Below, piece by piece: positions 36,659-54,518 of a DNA stretch of 64,000 bases; within the stretch, counting starts at the first letter, position 1, and every line of letters starts with the position of its first letter. Made by a program: the position numbers and the translations under genes. The notes below the pieces were generated by a model. The model did not search any database. It was not told the DNA's origin and saw only the letters and a program-made list of their open reading frames with translations. This DNA comes from the human T2T-CHM13v2.0 reference genome, Homo sapiens. The stretch is from assembly GCF_009914755.1 (NCBI RefSeq), contig NC_060940.1. The stretch is one strand, 5' to 3'.

Positions 36659-37859
36659 TTACATATCCTTGGAATAAAAATAGGTAGTTAAATCCAGGGA
36701 AGACTGTAATACAAGGACTAATTTCATCAGATTTATAGATTTTTTTAAAAAGTCAACTCATCAACACAAATTTTATTAATAGCAGGGTAAAAACAAAAAA
36801 AAGACTAAATTCAATTTAAAAAACACTTTAAAATCTTGATTGAAAATCCCAGAAAGTAGTGAAAGCTTAATATGTAAGAAATGAGTGTTCTCTGAAGGTT
36901 TTGGGGGAAGAGGCAGCTTTTCCTATTCAGTCATTTTGAGAAATGCAGTACAAAATGCTCTAAGAGCATTCAGTTGCCATTTGATGAAGCCATTTATAAG
37001 AGAATCAAAGTATAAGCTTCAGTTCAGTAAAGTGAATAGCTATCAGAAACAAATGTGCATGTCTATAATTATCACATCTATGCTGGCTGACAAATCCTGA
37101 AAGCGACTATATAAATGGTAATGCAATGAATATACTCTACATTCCTAAGGAATTCTGCGTGAGTATGAATTCCTGAATTCATTCCCTTAAATGAATTATA
37201 GATTCTCAAACCTGGTAGTCAAAAGAAATATGCAACAACACTGAAGAAAAATAAACAATACCAAAGAATCCTAATAACCCTTTCCCTTTACCCTTCCATA
37301 AAAATTCCAACCCATAACCTTCAAAGCAAAAACCCCTACTTACTATCAGACTCAACTTCTAGACTTCAGCATTTTACTTTTCCACAATTGAAGTCCAGAT
37401 AATTGTCAATATCCTTAAGATTTGTTGGGAAAGATACAATCAGATAAGGTACTTTGAATTCCAATTTCAGGCACCTCATGATAATATATACAGAGATGCC
37501 ACATATTCCCTGTTATTACTGTTTCACTCTCCCTAGTGTTTAAGTCATTCCCAGGTAGTAAGTGAAAGGACACAGAAAGGTGCATTAACTCTCTCAGGCA
37601 ACTTGGCAACTATTTGGTGCACAGCTACTATGCACTAAGTGTGCCTCTAAGTACATGGCTTAGGATCTCGAAGTCACTCAAGCACTAGGGAGAAAACACT
37701 CCATTGTTGTTTAATGTTGGGATTTTGCTGCTCTATAAACTAGTGTTATGCGGAAGTTTTAGGAGATGATACTCAAATGGAAATATATATCCTTTCCTAA
37801 GTCGCAGAAAGGCAACCATAAAGCTCAAAACTGTATTACCTTGATAATGTAATTTTTAA

Positions 37860-38229
<370 letters not shown>

Positions 38230-40161
38230 TAAAAACTTCAGTATCTATCCATCTCTATATACATATATATGAATGAGAGATACAGCCTAATAGAGGAGAA
38301 ATGGAATAAGTAAATATCTCTGGAAACACTGAGTACAAGTACAAATGTGATTAAAAGACACAGAGTATGAGATGAAATATCCATCTTAAAATTTCAGTGC
38401 TTTGGTGGTTAAAACAGTAAGAGAAAAACAACATTGTTTTGCGCTAGGAAACCTGTTTCTAATCAACTGAGCTATTCCTATGGGGTCAAATAAAAATGAT
38501 TAGCTTATTAAAAGCATAGCTTTGCTATTTAATAGGCAAAATGATTGAAATTTCTGCTGCAGATCCTGATAATTTTAGTGTTTCTAGTTAAGCCTGCAAA
38601 ATTGCATTCATTATTAGTGTCCAGATTCATTAACAATTCAATTTATAGATATTAATGCTTATAATGCATGCTTCGCTTGCCAAAACTTGAAGAGAAATTG
38701 TTTCAATTAGCTTTCATGGATCATGAATCCTGCCGGCTGGGTATTTTTAGACAAAAGATACAAACACATCCCCAAGCAATGCTAATGCACAGCTGGGACT
38801 TGTGTGTAAGGTCACTTGAGCTAACAGTTTAAAAGGAAAAACAGTAAATGAGTTTTACCCAGATGAGTAAGAGAGAAGTCTTCTGTTTCCAACCAAATAT
38901 TTGAAAGGCATTTAAGAAAAATGGCAGCAGAATTATTTGCTTTTGAGATCTCTGGAAGATAAAACCATTAGGCCAAAATTGGCAATCTAAACTCAAGGAG
39001 CAGTATTCAGCATATAAGACAATATGGGAGACCTTAAATTTTCCCTTTGTAAAAAAGGGGATTTCTTAGAAGTCACAAGTTAACAAAAATGCAAATCCTG
39101 TCACCTGCACAAGGGTCATGCCCCAGTGGTAGGAGAATAAAAAATAGACTGATACCACAAATGATCCAGATGACAATCCAGATTTACAGATAATTACTAA
39201 CTCTCTGTTTCATGTTAGGCCACACACAACTAGGTCAAAGTTGCTATTTACTGTCAATGGCAAACAGTATTCTTAGGTAGAAGACACATTCTTTGGAGGA
39301 TGTCCATCTCCTCCAGATACATTTCTGTCACATAAATCTTCATGTAAATTAAAGACAATAGCCCATCTTTGAACTTTTCTCATAGTGTAGTACAATGTCT
39401 ACATTTCCTTGTGGTGTCTGGTTGTTTGTAGCTTGGTATTTACTGGAATATCAAGAGAATGGTCGACTTTTTACCTTGAAGCTAAGAGATATTTCATTTG
39501 TCCTCACCGAAATGCCGGACCATGTTGCATACTTAAGCACAGACTGAATGATGTCTCATGATTTTCCCATGAACTACAATTTCACCTCCCTGAAGGATCC
39601 CATTTAGTGAACTTGGGAAAAATCTAAAGCTAACAGTATGGAATCAAAATAAGTTTTAAAAAGACCATGAGATTCTGGAAAACTAGTCCAACACTACAAC
39701 TCTAAGGACATTAATGTCATAAAAGTACAGTTGAGAGGCAGAGGACATGAAAAGCATAGAAACTCTTCAGAATGTTTGGATAAGGAAGTATGAGAACATG
39801 TGAAATATTTCTAAAATCAAACTGAGCTTTGCATTGAAGCTTAGATATTGGTCTGGAGGAACAACAAATACATCTGTAAAAATATTCATTACTATGCTTT
39901 TTAATCTTAATAGTGGTATAACATTTCCCATTGACAAGTAAGGCATAGAAATCTCTAATTTATAATAGGTAGGCATTAAACAAAACTAAAAAATATCAAG
40001 ATTAAAATCTAATTTCTGAAAAAATATAAATTAGAACAAAAAGAAATCGACTGCCTTTACAAAGTAATAAAAACTAATATATGAAAATGAACTATAAGAG
40101 GCTGGAAGAAAAATGGAAAAACAAGTTTGGAGAGAAAAGTGAAAAAAAATCAGTGTTTTCA

Positions 40162-40280
40162 GTCAGGTGCGGTGGTGCAGGCCTGTAGTTCCAGCTACTT
40201 GAGAGGCTTAGGTGGGAGGACACCAGGCTGGGCGACATAGAGAGACTGACTCTTAGAAACAAAACGAAACAAAAAAACTT
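40162..40280 (+). mobile_element. Alu monomer with internal deletion
   Basis: GTGGTGCAGGCCTGTAGTTCCAGCTACTT...CTGGGCGACATAG. Confidence 0.7.
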
Positions 40281-41444
40281 AAAACCAAATGTGGAATAAA
40301 GTAAGCAACTTTTTATAAATACCATCATTACTTAGCATTTAAAAAAATTCTATTTTTTTAATATAATAATTTGAGTAAAGGTCTAAAAGATTGATGGAAA
40401 AGGACCAAACTAAGAGTGATAGTACATAGGATGACTGCAAAAATTAATGATGTAACCTATTTGTTTATTCAATTACTACGACTGCAGAAATATATATATA
40501 TAAAGTGCATTTCTCATACTGCCAAATTCATCATGAGTATTTTTGAAAAAACACAATTTATGTTTTAAAACAAATAAGTTATTTAATACATTGGCACACC
40601 CAAATACACACATACATCTAAAAAGCAATGACAAGGACCGTGGTCACTGATGAAATCACTACCCCTATCACATTACTATTCAGGTCTATAATTCATTCTT
40701 TAGTATTAGAGTCCATAGGGCCCTGGTTTGCTTGCCCACACTGAAAATAGAGAACAGGAAGGATCCCTGGATCGAGAAGCTCACTTTTTTCCCCATTCTT
40801 TCATAAGCTTCCTCTAGCTTCTAAGTGCTCTGATTATTCTTTTGTCTCTGTGTGGCAAACCTATTACTTTTAAGGTATTTCTCCCACCTTGCTCCTCCCA
40901 TACCTCTACAATGGATGCAAAGGTCAGTGACTCCCTCAGGAATAGTAGCATTTTCAGCAAGGGGTATGGTGAGGTAGTCATGGAACTCCCATTACTGTTA
41001 ACAGGAGTTACAGGCTACTTCACTGAAAATTCCAACCCAGAGTTCTTTTGATGCTGAAAACTATATTTTCATATAACCTGTACTATGTACAGAGCCCACA
41101 TAGCATAGGTTATAAGATTACAAATGATGTTTAGAGGATGACATATAAACAGCAATAAATATAACTGGGCATACAGATAATCAGAAATGCAAATTGGCAC
41201 TGTTAACATTACAAAGCATTTTGTACAGGTCTCTAAGTGTAGAGATATGGAGTTAACTAGATCTCAAAATTTTGAGGAAGCACGTCTTGTGGGGGCAGGG
41301 GTGATGGTGAGGACAGGGGATATTCAATATTACTTTACACATGAGATAAAACATTTCAGCATTTTTCCTATAATGACTACCTAGAGAAACAAAAAGGAAA
41401 TTAGTTCAATGAAGTATTACACAGAATAAATTATATAAATATTA

Positions 41445-41555
41445 CAACTCCGTGAAAGCAGGCATACCATCTTACTTACCAGTGTATTCCCATGGCCACC
41501 CTAAAATCATGCCTGCCACATAATATGCACATTCAACTCAAATATTTGTTGAAAG
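41445..41555 (+). mobile_element. L2 3' end
   Basis: CTCCGTGAAAGCAGG...GCCTGCCACATAA...AAATATTTGTTGAA. Confidence 0.6.
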
Positions 41556-41835
41556 AACAGATAAATTATTCCTCACAACGTGGCTTAAGTTTCTTCTTGT
41601 GAAAAAGAAGTTCGTGACCAATCTGGGAAACACAGTGAAACCCCATTTCTAGAAAGTGAGTAACTTCTTTCAAGTGTTGTTTGTGAGGATTAAAAGCAAC
41701 CAAGCAGTACTGTATAGTATAATACTGTACAGTGATAATGGGGGGGGGAATGAAATGGGGTAAGGGGTGCATGAGGACGCTTTATATTATCTTTGCGACT
41801 TTTCTGTAACTCTAAACTTATTCCAAAATTTACAA

Positions 41836-41869
<34 letters not shown>

Positions 41870-41870
41870 A

Positions 41871-42176
<306 letters not shown>

Positions 42177-42678
42177 TCAAACCAGCGTCTGATATGGCTG
42201 GTATGATCAACAAATATTCTCTCACTCTCTTCTCAACACTACCCAATAGCATTCTGGTGATGCTGCCTGAAGGGACTAACCAGCTAACTAACAAATCACA
42301 GTAGAGATCTGCTGGCCTTATTTGCTGGCCTTGTTAATTAGCTCCTAAAGCCTATACTGGCCCTAAATTATTTTAAATATTCTCACTGCATGTTACTAAA
42401 AGACTCTACCATCACTACTCCTCACTTTTTCTTTTTCTTTTATACGCTCTTATACTTTCCCTCCACTCTGTTCTTCTCCCAACTAGTACTCATTGACACT
42501 GGCATTTTTTTGTGGTGACTCCCATTTTCACAAATAGGAAAAATGTTAAGTTACTGATTCTGGAAGAGAAGAGTGGCTTTATTCAAAAGCTAACTCCAGT
42601 TTCCAGATGTTCTGATGCCCTAAACTTAATGTTCATGAATAAAATGGCAGCTTAGCTAAAATATAAAATATTCATCTT

Positions 42679-42985
42679 GGCCAGGTGCCGTGCCTCCCGC
42701 CTACAATCCCAGCGCTTTGGGAGGCCAAGGCAGGAGGATCATTTGAGGCTTGGAGTTTGAGACCAGCCTGGGCAACATAGTGAGATCCTATCTCTACAGA
42801 AAATTTTAAAAATTAGACAAGTTTGGTGGGGTGCACCTGTAGTTCTAGCTACTTGGGAGGCTGAAGCAGGAGATCATTTGAACACAGAAGTTTGAGGCTG
42901 CAGTGAGCTATAACTGAGCCACTGTGCTCCAGTCTGGGTGACAGAGCAAGACTCAGTCTCTAAAAACAAAACAAAACAAACAAAA
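42679..42985 (+). mobile_element. AluJ
   Basis: full dimer with (CAAAA)n tail. Confidence 0.88.
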
Positions 42986-43254
42986 CTCATAACCTTGAAA
43001 TGCAAAGAAATGTATCCACAGACAATTTCCCAATTAATGGTGGAATAAATGCCAAGTGTCCACATGGAATCATGAGAGGTTTACTGAGATATTTATTCTT
43101 GCAACTAGCAATGATATTTTTTAAGTTCTTTCAGAAAAAATGAAATGGGTATTCATTCTCAAAAGCAATCTTTCTTCTTTTATCATATCAGAAAGTCTGA
43201 ATAGAAGTTTTAATATCATCGGATTACTTATCTCACTTTAAAATATATATATAG

Positions 43255-43390
43255 GGCCAGGCACAGTGGCTCATGCCTGTAATCCCAGCACTTTGGGAAG
43301 CCAAGGCAGGGGAATCACTTGAGGCCAGGAATCTGAGACCAGCCTGAGCAACATAGCAGGACTGTCTCTACCCTCCAAAAAATAATAAAT
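43255..43390 (+). mobile_element. FLAM/Alu left monomer
   Basis: single left arm. Confidence 0.8.
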
Positions 43391-43464
43391 ATATTTAAAT
43401 ATATATATGTATGTATGTATTTATATACAAAATACCATCCCTGAAGGGTTAGAAGCAAAGTAAA

Positions 43465-43518
43465 TATAAGCAAAATAATTTCCCTATGACTTATAAGCAA
43501 AATAATTTCCCCATGACT
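43465..43518. repeat. 27-bp tandem duplication
   Basis: TATAAGCAAAATAATTTCCC(T/C)ATGACT x2. Confidence 0.9.
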
Positions 43519-43583
43519 TCTATTAAAAACAGGAAATGCATTAGCATTAAAAAAAGAAAGGAAAAAAATTTTTTTAAAAAGTA

Positions 43584-44538
<955 letters not shown>

Positions 44539-44728
44539 AAAATCCTACTTCTTTAAGTCAGAATCATAGAAACAAAAGACATTCTCTGAGTTTTCCTAAT
44601 ACTTTCCATTAACCCCTTATAATGGAAGTATGCTCATCTGTCTCCTTATTTTCCATTCCCAATCCAGGTCTTTGTTTTATCTGAACTCTGTGCAGAACTG
44701 AAAGAAAATAAAAAGTGAAAATCAGTAA

Positions 44729-45028
<300 letters not shown>

Positions 45029-45132
45029 TGTAAAAATCAAACTGAAACAAGAAGTTACAGATATTGTCCATGAACAAGGTTGTAAGAATTTTTTTAAATG
45101 CCAGTTTAGTTGGTAGGGAGTAGTCTTTTTCT

Positions 45133-45498
45133 AGTAGTTGTCAAACTTTATGATTTCAGTACCTCTTTATGCTTTTAGAAAGTATTCAGGACTCCAAAGA
45201 GCTTGCTTGTGTGGTTATAACAATTAATAGTATAATAATAAAAATTAAAACAAAAATTTAAAAAATTTACTAGATTATTTTAAAACAATAGAAAATCATT
45301 GCATATTAACAGCATATTTTTATGTAAGAATATTTTTTTCTACTACAAGATATATGCATTTTTGTTTCCAGATGAAAATAAAGTTTTACATTGTAAGTAT
45401 CAAGGGAAAGTGATGCTCTTAGGAAGTGGAATGTTTATCCTCAGTTAAGAAGAATGAAGTGTGGTAATGATATCTAGATGCCAGTTTGAGAAGCACAG
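45133..45498 (+). mobile_element. Charlie2-like hAT transposon relic
   Basis: AGTAGTTGTCAAACTTT...GGACTCCAAAGAGCTT and terminal CCAGTTTGAGAAGCAC. Confidence 0.6.
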
Positions 45499-46087
45499 GG
45501 CCTGTGCTTTCAGTTTTCTCACATTTGAATATTATGTTGTATGGGTTTTGTTTCTTCTGGTAAAATTTTATACACAGGAAGACAAAACTGTTTAATTGTA
45601 ATCAGAATAAGCAGAGCAGGGAAAATGTTCTCCATGGATTCTACCAAGATTAACTGGCCCTCACCTAGAACTCCAAATCATCAATGGTTTCATAATTAAA
45701 ACATAGTTTGCCTTCCCCTCAGAGTTATCCAACTACATTGACCCTTTGGTAGGAACTATTTGGTATGGTATCTGTTAATAAAAAGCTGGACTGGAGTTTC
45801 CTTCAAATTAGCCAAACCTGAAGTTAATCCATAGTATCTGTGAAGGCTCTGGAGAAAAAGCATGTCTTATAGATGAAAGAAAAGAGTCTTTGATCTTTTA
45901 TTACCAATAGCCTCAGACCAGAATTCAGTCTATTAGCTACTAAGAATTACTAGAATTTTTGCCTTATAAGATATACCTAGCAACTGGACTTCCAACTAAT
46001 TTTTTTTTTTTTTTACCTTGTAGAATACAACTAGCATAGGCCTCTACCTAAAAAGGCAAAATTTAGTGGAAAAACAAAAACTGATTT

Positions 46088-46398
<311 letters not shown>

Positions 46399-46569
46399 CT
46401 GATTTTGCCTTGTTTTATTTTTAGTCAGATAAAAACTTTATGTCTACAAGTAAAGGGGCATGTACCAATCTTACATGTACTACCTATGCATAGCATATGC
46501 AGACTAATTGTCCTGAACCGTTACTCCTGTGTGCTTTACCTGAAACTAAATGCTACTGCTTGTACGACA

Positions 46570-47655
46570 TTAGTTCAACCACTGTGGAAAGCAGTGTGGT
46601 GGTTCCTTAAAGAGCTAAAAACAGAACTACCATTTGACTCAGCAATCCCACTACTGGGGATATACCCAGAGGAATATAAATTGTTCTATTATAAGACACA
46701 TATAAGCATATGTTCCCTGCAGCACTATTCACAATAGCAAAGACATGGCGTCAACCTAAATGCCCACCAACAGTAGACTGAATAAAGAAAATGTGGTGCA
46801 TATACACCATGAAATATTATGCTGCCATAAAAACAACAAGATCATGTCCTTTGCAGGAACACTGATGGAACTAAAGGCCGTTATCGTCAGCAAACTAATG
46901 CAAGCACAGAAAACCAAATACCCTATGTTCTCACTTATAAGTGAGAGCTAAATAATGAGAACCACTGGGCACAAAGATGTAAACAACAGCCACTGGGGCC
47001 TGGAAAAAGGGAGAGAGACAGACACTGGACAGTGGGAGGAAGGAGAGGGACAGACTCTGGAGAGTGGGAGGAGGGAGAGGGACAGACACTGAGTGGGAGG
47101 AGGGATAGGGACAGACACTGAGTGGAAGGAGGGAGAGGGACAGACAATGGAGTGGGAGGAGGGAGAGGGATGGATACTGGAGAATGGGAGGAGGGAGGGG
47201 GACAGACACTGGAGAGTGGGAGGAGGGAGAGGGACAGACACTGAGTGGGAGGAGGGAGGGGGACAGACACTGGAGAGTGGGAGGAGGGAGATGGAGAGAC
47301 ACTGAGTGGGAGGAGGAAGAGGGACAGACACTGAGTGGGAGGAAGGAGAGGGACAGACACTGAGTGGGAGGAAGGAGAGGGACAGACACTGGAGAGTGGG
47401 AGGAGGGAGATGGACAGACACTGGAGAGTGGGAGGAGGGAGAGGGACCGACACTGGAGAGTGGGAGGAGGGAGAGGGACCAACACTAGATAGTGGGAGGA
47501 GGGAGAGGATCAGAAAAACAACTATTGGGTACTATGCTTAGTACCTGGGTGACGAACTAATATGTATAGCAAACCCTCATGACACTAGTTTACCTATATA
47601 ACAAACCTGAACATGTATCCCTAAACCTCAAACTTAAAAAGTAAAAATAAAATGA
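46570..47655 (+). mobile_element. L1PA13-15-like 3' end containing a VNTR
   Basis: TTAGTTCAACCACTGTGGAAAGCAGTGTGG...GGATCAGAAAAACAACTATTGGGTACTATGCTTAGTACCTGGGTGACG. Confidence 0.85.
47009..47508. repeat. G-rich minisatellite, 16 units of 29/32 bp
   Basis: GTGGGAGGAGGGAGAGGGACAGACACT(GA|GGAGA) repeated. Confidence 0.95.
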
Positions 47656-48097
47656 GAACCCTTTTTTGAAAAAAACCTTTTTTTAAGTCTTTCATATCAC
47701 CAGGTCTGATCCAAAACTTTATGGGCTTGGCAGAGTTGCGGCTATGGGCCTTCATCCCTCTCAAGGAGGTTAGGAAAACAAGTGGCTTCCATTTTCAGCC
47801 TCTATAGTCCTAGTTGAGCTTGGCCTCATATAGAGGATTTCCCATATAGAATAAGATCCAGCAACTAAGTGGCCACAATACAAGATAAATGGCTCTATTT
47901 ATATAAGCTCTCAAATATTTTTCAATGAATAAATCCTAAAATATATTGAATATTATTAGAGCAAGTTTAAAATAAATACATGTAATTATAAATTTTCTAG
48001 TATTTACCTATCAATGACTATTTATTCCAATTCTTGTTTCCTCTTTTCAGACTTAAATACCTGTGCTTCTAAGCAACTTGAATTTCCTTAACCATGA

Positions 48098-48590
48098 TGT
48101 GGGCGACAATGTGAAGAACTTTCCAGATTCCCCTTAGATGAAGGATTTGTTTCCCAGATGTTGAGAGAGTGGTCAGTTTATACCTATCATATGATAGGCC
48201 CTTCTACAATGGCCTCAGGTCCCATTTCTGGGTACCCTACATCCAATGACTGATAAATATGGGAATATAAAGGCTTGACCCCTTGCCCCAACTCCAGACA
48301 ATTCTATGAAGCCAATCAAGCCCCAGAGTTCCCTGTAGGGTGAGTCCAGGCCGGCATTTGGCCTTCATGCAGCTTGATTTCTCCCTTTGCCCACCCTTGC
48401 TTTCCTCCCTTGCCTTCCATAGGTGTTGATCCTAAGGGCATTCTTTAATACTCTGCAAGCTAAACTCCCTTTCGGAGTCCACATTCTTGGGGACCCAGCA
48501 TGGGGCAGTTATTACCAGCAGTGATACAAGAAAGTAGGCATTCAGATCAGGTTTGTAACTAAAGCACTTACTTCCTTGCTGACTGACAAG
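48098..48590 (+). mobile_element. LTR16 (C-like, ERVL) plus the start of internal sequence
   Basis: CCCTACATCCAATGACTGAT, CCAGAGTTCCCTGTAGGGT, AGGTGTTGATCCTAAGGGCA...GGGGACCCAGC. Confidence 0.7.
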
Positions 48591-48750
48591 TGGCAAAAGG
48601 CATCTTCCCGATGTGATGGAAATATTCTATACTAAAAGTGGGGATAGTATTTACATTTGGGTATACATTTGTCAAAACTCATTGTATGTATACTTAAAAT
48701 TTATGCTTTTAACTATTTGTAAATTATACCTCCAAGATAAATATATAGAT

Positions 48751-49340
<590 letters not shown>

Positions 49341-49767
49341 TATTATTGGTAAGGTGGCTTCCAGTTCCTTTCACGGTGGACACCAACATATGATTTCAAA
49401 AAGATGGCAGATAAGGAACAAACATCAGCTAATGAATGGACAGTGAGTGATGCCTTCTAGTATCAAATGAAATGTGTTAGTAATTTGGAATGTGGAATGA
49501 AAACTTTTATGAGGCATTCTCATTTTGAAAATATAATTGACATAAAACCATTAAAGATGATTAGGTTCAACCAACAAAAATTGTTAAAATGAGATAATGT
49601 GGAAGTTGCCATATTCTATGTGAAAAAGATAAAATGATTACCAAGACAGGACAGATAGAACGAAATAATTGCCATGAGATTTTATTTTCTCCCTTAAGCT
49701 AAACAGTTTTTCAACATAAATAAAAAGGGCAGAAACTGTTTAAGAAACAATTTAATGTTTGATGCTC

Positions 49768-50074
<307 letters not shown>

Positions 50075-51741
50075 GTTTGATGCTCTTTTAATTTTGCTTT
50101 AAAATTCTTGTGAACCTACACCAAGTAAGTACATTTGAGAGTAATATATAACTAAGTTACAAACACTCTCAAGGGTCACAGTTTGAACTCTTTGTCCCAT
50201 TTATTTAAGGAAAGCGAGGAAACGGATGGAACACTGAATATTTCCAACCAAAAACTAAGTAGAAACCTAGAAATATTACTCAAAACCCCTTTTCTAGTTT
50301 TATTTATAAATGTCACTACAAAGAAGTCTGGGCTACAAAATTCTTTTAATTACATTTTACTCGTCTTTTCCAGTATCTTCTCCTTGCCAAAATTCCCAAT
50401 TTTAAACAAGCAGGGTATAAACTTAAACAAGCAGGATATAAGCAGGGTATAACATTGAGGTTACCTCATAGCTATGTGTCCATAATAATGATATTCAGAG
50501 TATAGGGAAGAAAACAGATATGAGAACTAGCATGCCTCAATGAGCAGTTTAGATTGAAAAACACTGGATCTACAAAAGCAGACACTGTGCACTTTGTCTT
50601 TCTACCAACAAATTCTAGATTGTAGTCTGAAGAAAAGTAAGTATCTAAACATCCTGTGCTAAAAAATTATTTAGCTTAGAAATAAGTTAAACCCTCTTCA
50701 GGAAGAAGCAGGTTTCTTGGTGTGACTTGAAGTTAGTGAGAGGAAGCCATTCCCTTATTAAGACATATACAACAATAGAAATAATGTGGAACTCCAAAAA
50801 TGGTAACTATTATTACCACAGTGTGAAAATAAACTTTTTTTTTTTGCTCTGTTACTCAATCTGGTTAATTAGCTATGCAAAGCAAAGTTATTCTTGTCAA
50901 CCCTAAATCTAAAACTATAACTTTAACATTGCTGGGAGTAGAAGAAAGAGATTTCTACTACAGAAAAAACGTTCTTTTAAATTCTAATATATACGGCTAG
51001 ACTTTACTGACTCAAAAGATTATGATCCAACAACCACTAACACTAAACTCTCTGGTTTCAAAGCTAATTAGATAACTTACTTTTGTGTTGATCAGTCAAC
51101 CTACCTAATATGAGGCATACTGGCTTTGTTCTGTAACAATGGCAGCATTCAAAATGAGGAATAGAGAAAAGGAAAAGAAATTCAGTAAGTACTCAATATG
51201 AAGCTTCCATGAATATCACTGTACTTAGAAGGTTTGCTTAGGCAATGAAGTGCAACCAACAATTTATAACACAATTGTATTATAAACCATGACAATGCAC
51301 AGATTGTCAAACTAGATTTTTTTAAAGATTCAATTATATGCTGTCTATAGGAGACATATTTTAAATAGACTGAAAGTAAAACAATGAAAAAAGATATATC
51401 ATTCACACAGCAACCATAAGAAAGCTGGAGTGGCTATATTAATACCAGGCAAAACAGACTTTAAAACAAAAAAAAATTCCTAGAGATGAAGGAGAACATT
51501 TTATAATAGTAAGAAAGTAAATCCACTAAAAAGCTTTAACAATTTTAAACATATATGCTCTTAACAACAGAGCCACAAAATATGTGAAGAAAAAACTGAC
51601 AAAATGGAAGGGAAAAATAGATAGTTTAAAAATAATAGTTGGAGACTTCCGTATCCCACTTTCAGTAATGGAGAAAACAGCCAGGAAGAAGATCAACAAG
51701 GAAATAGAACACTTGAACAACACTATCAATTAACAGGAACT

Positions 51742-52046
<305 letters not shown>

Positions 52047-52617
52047 TGAACTAACAGACATAGACGTCTATACAACACTCTAGCCAACAACAGCATACAC
52101 ATTCTTCTCAAGTGCACATAAGACATTTTCCTGAATAGGACATATATCAGGCCATAAAATAAGTCTCAATAAATTTAAAACGACTGAAGTCATACAGAGT
52201 AAATTGAAATTAGAAACATGTAACAGAAGCTAATTTGGGAAATCTGCAAATATATGCAAAATAACAACATATTCTTAGGCAATTAATTAAAAATAAAATA
52301 ACAAAAGAAATTAGAAAATACTTTAAGATAACTGAAAAAAGAGCAAAATTTATGGGATATAGCTAAAACATACTAAGCATATAGCTATGAAGCCTATATT
52401 AAATAAGAAAAAGGATCTCAAATCAGTAAGTCAAACTTCTGCATTAAGACTCGAGAAAAAAAAAGAAGAAACTAAACCTAAAGAAAGCATAAAAAAGTGA
52501 AATAAAAAAGACTAAAAATTTATCAAATTAATAGAAATAGAAAAAAATCAGACAAAATTAACAAAACCAAAAGTTGCTTTTTTAAGAGGAGCAACAAGAT
52601 TGGCAAAACTTCAGCTA

Positions 52618-52975
<358 letters not shown>

Positions 52976-54208
52976 CACAAAACAAAAACAGAACCCACCA
53001 CCAGGACAACAACAAAAAACAAAAATGACACGAGACTTAAGTTACTAAAATCAGGAATGAAAGATGACGCATCACTATTGACCATACAGAAATAGAAAGG
53101 ATTAGAAGGAAATACTATGAATAATTATATACCAACTAACTAGATAATTTGAATGAAATGGAAAAATCCCTAGAAAGACACAAATTATTCCTTCCAGAAA
53201 CTGGCTCAAGAAAAAAATAGAACATCAAATAGCTATGCATAACAAGAAACTTAATTAGTAACTTAAAAACTTCCTACAAGCCCAGGTTCAGATGACTTAA
53301 CTAGGAAATTCTACCACACATTTGAAAAAAAAAAAGTAATACTAAGTCTTCACAAACTCTTCCAAAATTCATGAGCAGAGAACATTTCCCAACTCATTCT
53401 AAGAGGCCAATATTACCATGATAACAACATCAGACAAAGACATCACAAAAAAGAAACTACACCCTAATACCTCTTACTAATATAGATGCAAAAATCAATA
53501 CTAGAAAGTCTAATCCAGAAGCACACAAAAAGGACTATACGTGATGACCAAGTGAGAGATATCCCAGGAATATAGGAATGGCTCAACATCTGAAAATCAA
53601 TTCATGTAATACACCATCTCAATAGAATAAAGGGCAAACTCCACATGATCATCTAAATAGAAATAGAAAAAGCATTTCTCAAAATCCAGGACCCTTTCAT
53701 GATAAAATACATTTGACAAACTAGTAGTAGAGAATTTAATCTGAAAAAAAGACTCAGAAAAACACTCAGCTAACATTTTACATATTGATGAAAGACTGAA
53801 TGAATTCCCCCTAAGAAAAGTAAAAAAGGCAAGGAAGACCACTCTCACCATTTGCATTTAACATTGTACCGGAAGCTCTAGCCAGGGAAATTATGCAAGA
53901 AAATGAAGTAATATACATCTAGGTTGGAGAGAAAAATATAAAACTATCCCTCCATGGAGATGATATGATCCTGTTGGATATCAAAAAAGCCTAAAGAATA
54001 CACTGAAAACCTATTAGATCTAATAAGCCAGTTCAGAAAGGTTGCATTATACAAGATCAATATACAAAAATCAATTGTATTTCTATAAACTTGAAGAGTC
54101 CAAAAATGAAATTGTATTGTAATTCCATTTACAATACCATCAAAAAGAATAAAATACTTTGAAATAAATTTAACAAAAGATTGTAAAACTTATACAATGA
54201 AAACTACA

Positions 54209-54518
54209 GGCCAGGCACGGTGGCTCAGGCCTGTAATATGAGCACTTTGGGAGGCCAAGGTGGCAGGATCGCTTCAGTCCAGGAGTTTAAGACCAGCCTG
54301 GGCAACATACTGGGATCCTATCTCTACAATTAAATTTTTTTTTTTTTAATTAGCTGGATGTGGTGGCATGGGCCTGTATTTCCAGCTATTTGGAAGGACA
54401 AGGCGGGAGAATCGCTGGAGCCTGGGAGTTCAAGGTTGCAATGAACCATGATCATGTCACTGAACTCCAGCCTAAGTGACAGAGTAAGACCTTGTCTCAA
54501 AACCAAAAAGAAAAATAC
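54209..54518 (+). mobile_element. AluJ
   Basis: TSD GAAAACTACA. Confidence 0.88.

Noticed and set aside
40690-40760. Minus-strand acceptor-like CCTGTTCTCTATTTTCAG
   Set aside because: No convincing paired donor or reading frame found.
41836-41864. Poly-T tract as the tail of a minus-strand retrocopy
   Set aside because: No reverse-oriented element body or TSD follows; it looks like a T-run expansion at the end of an L1M 3' remnant.
46931-47541. Pro/Ser/Cys-rich ORFs in several frames; CRISPR-like array
   Set aside because: These are translations of a minisatellite. The units are contiguous with no unique spacers.
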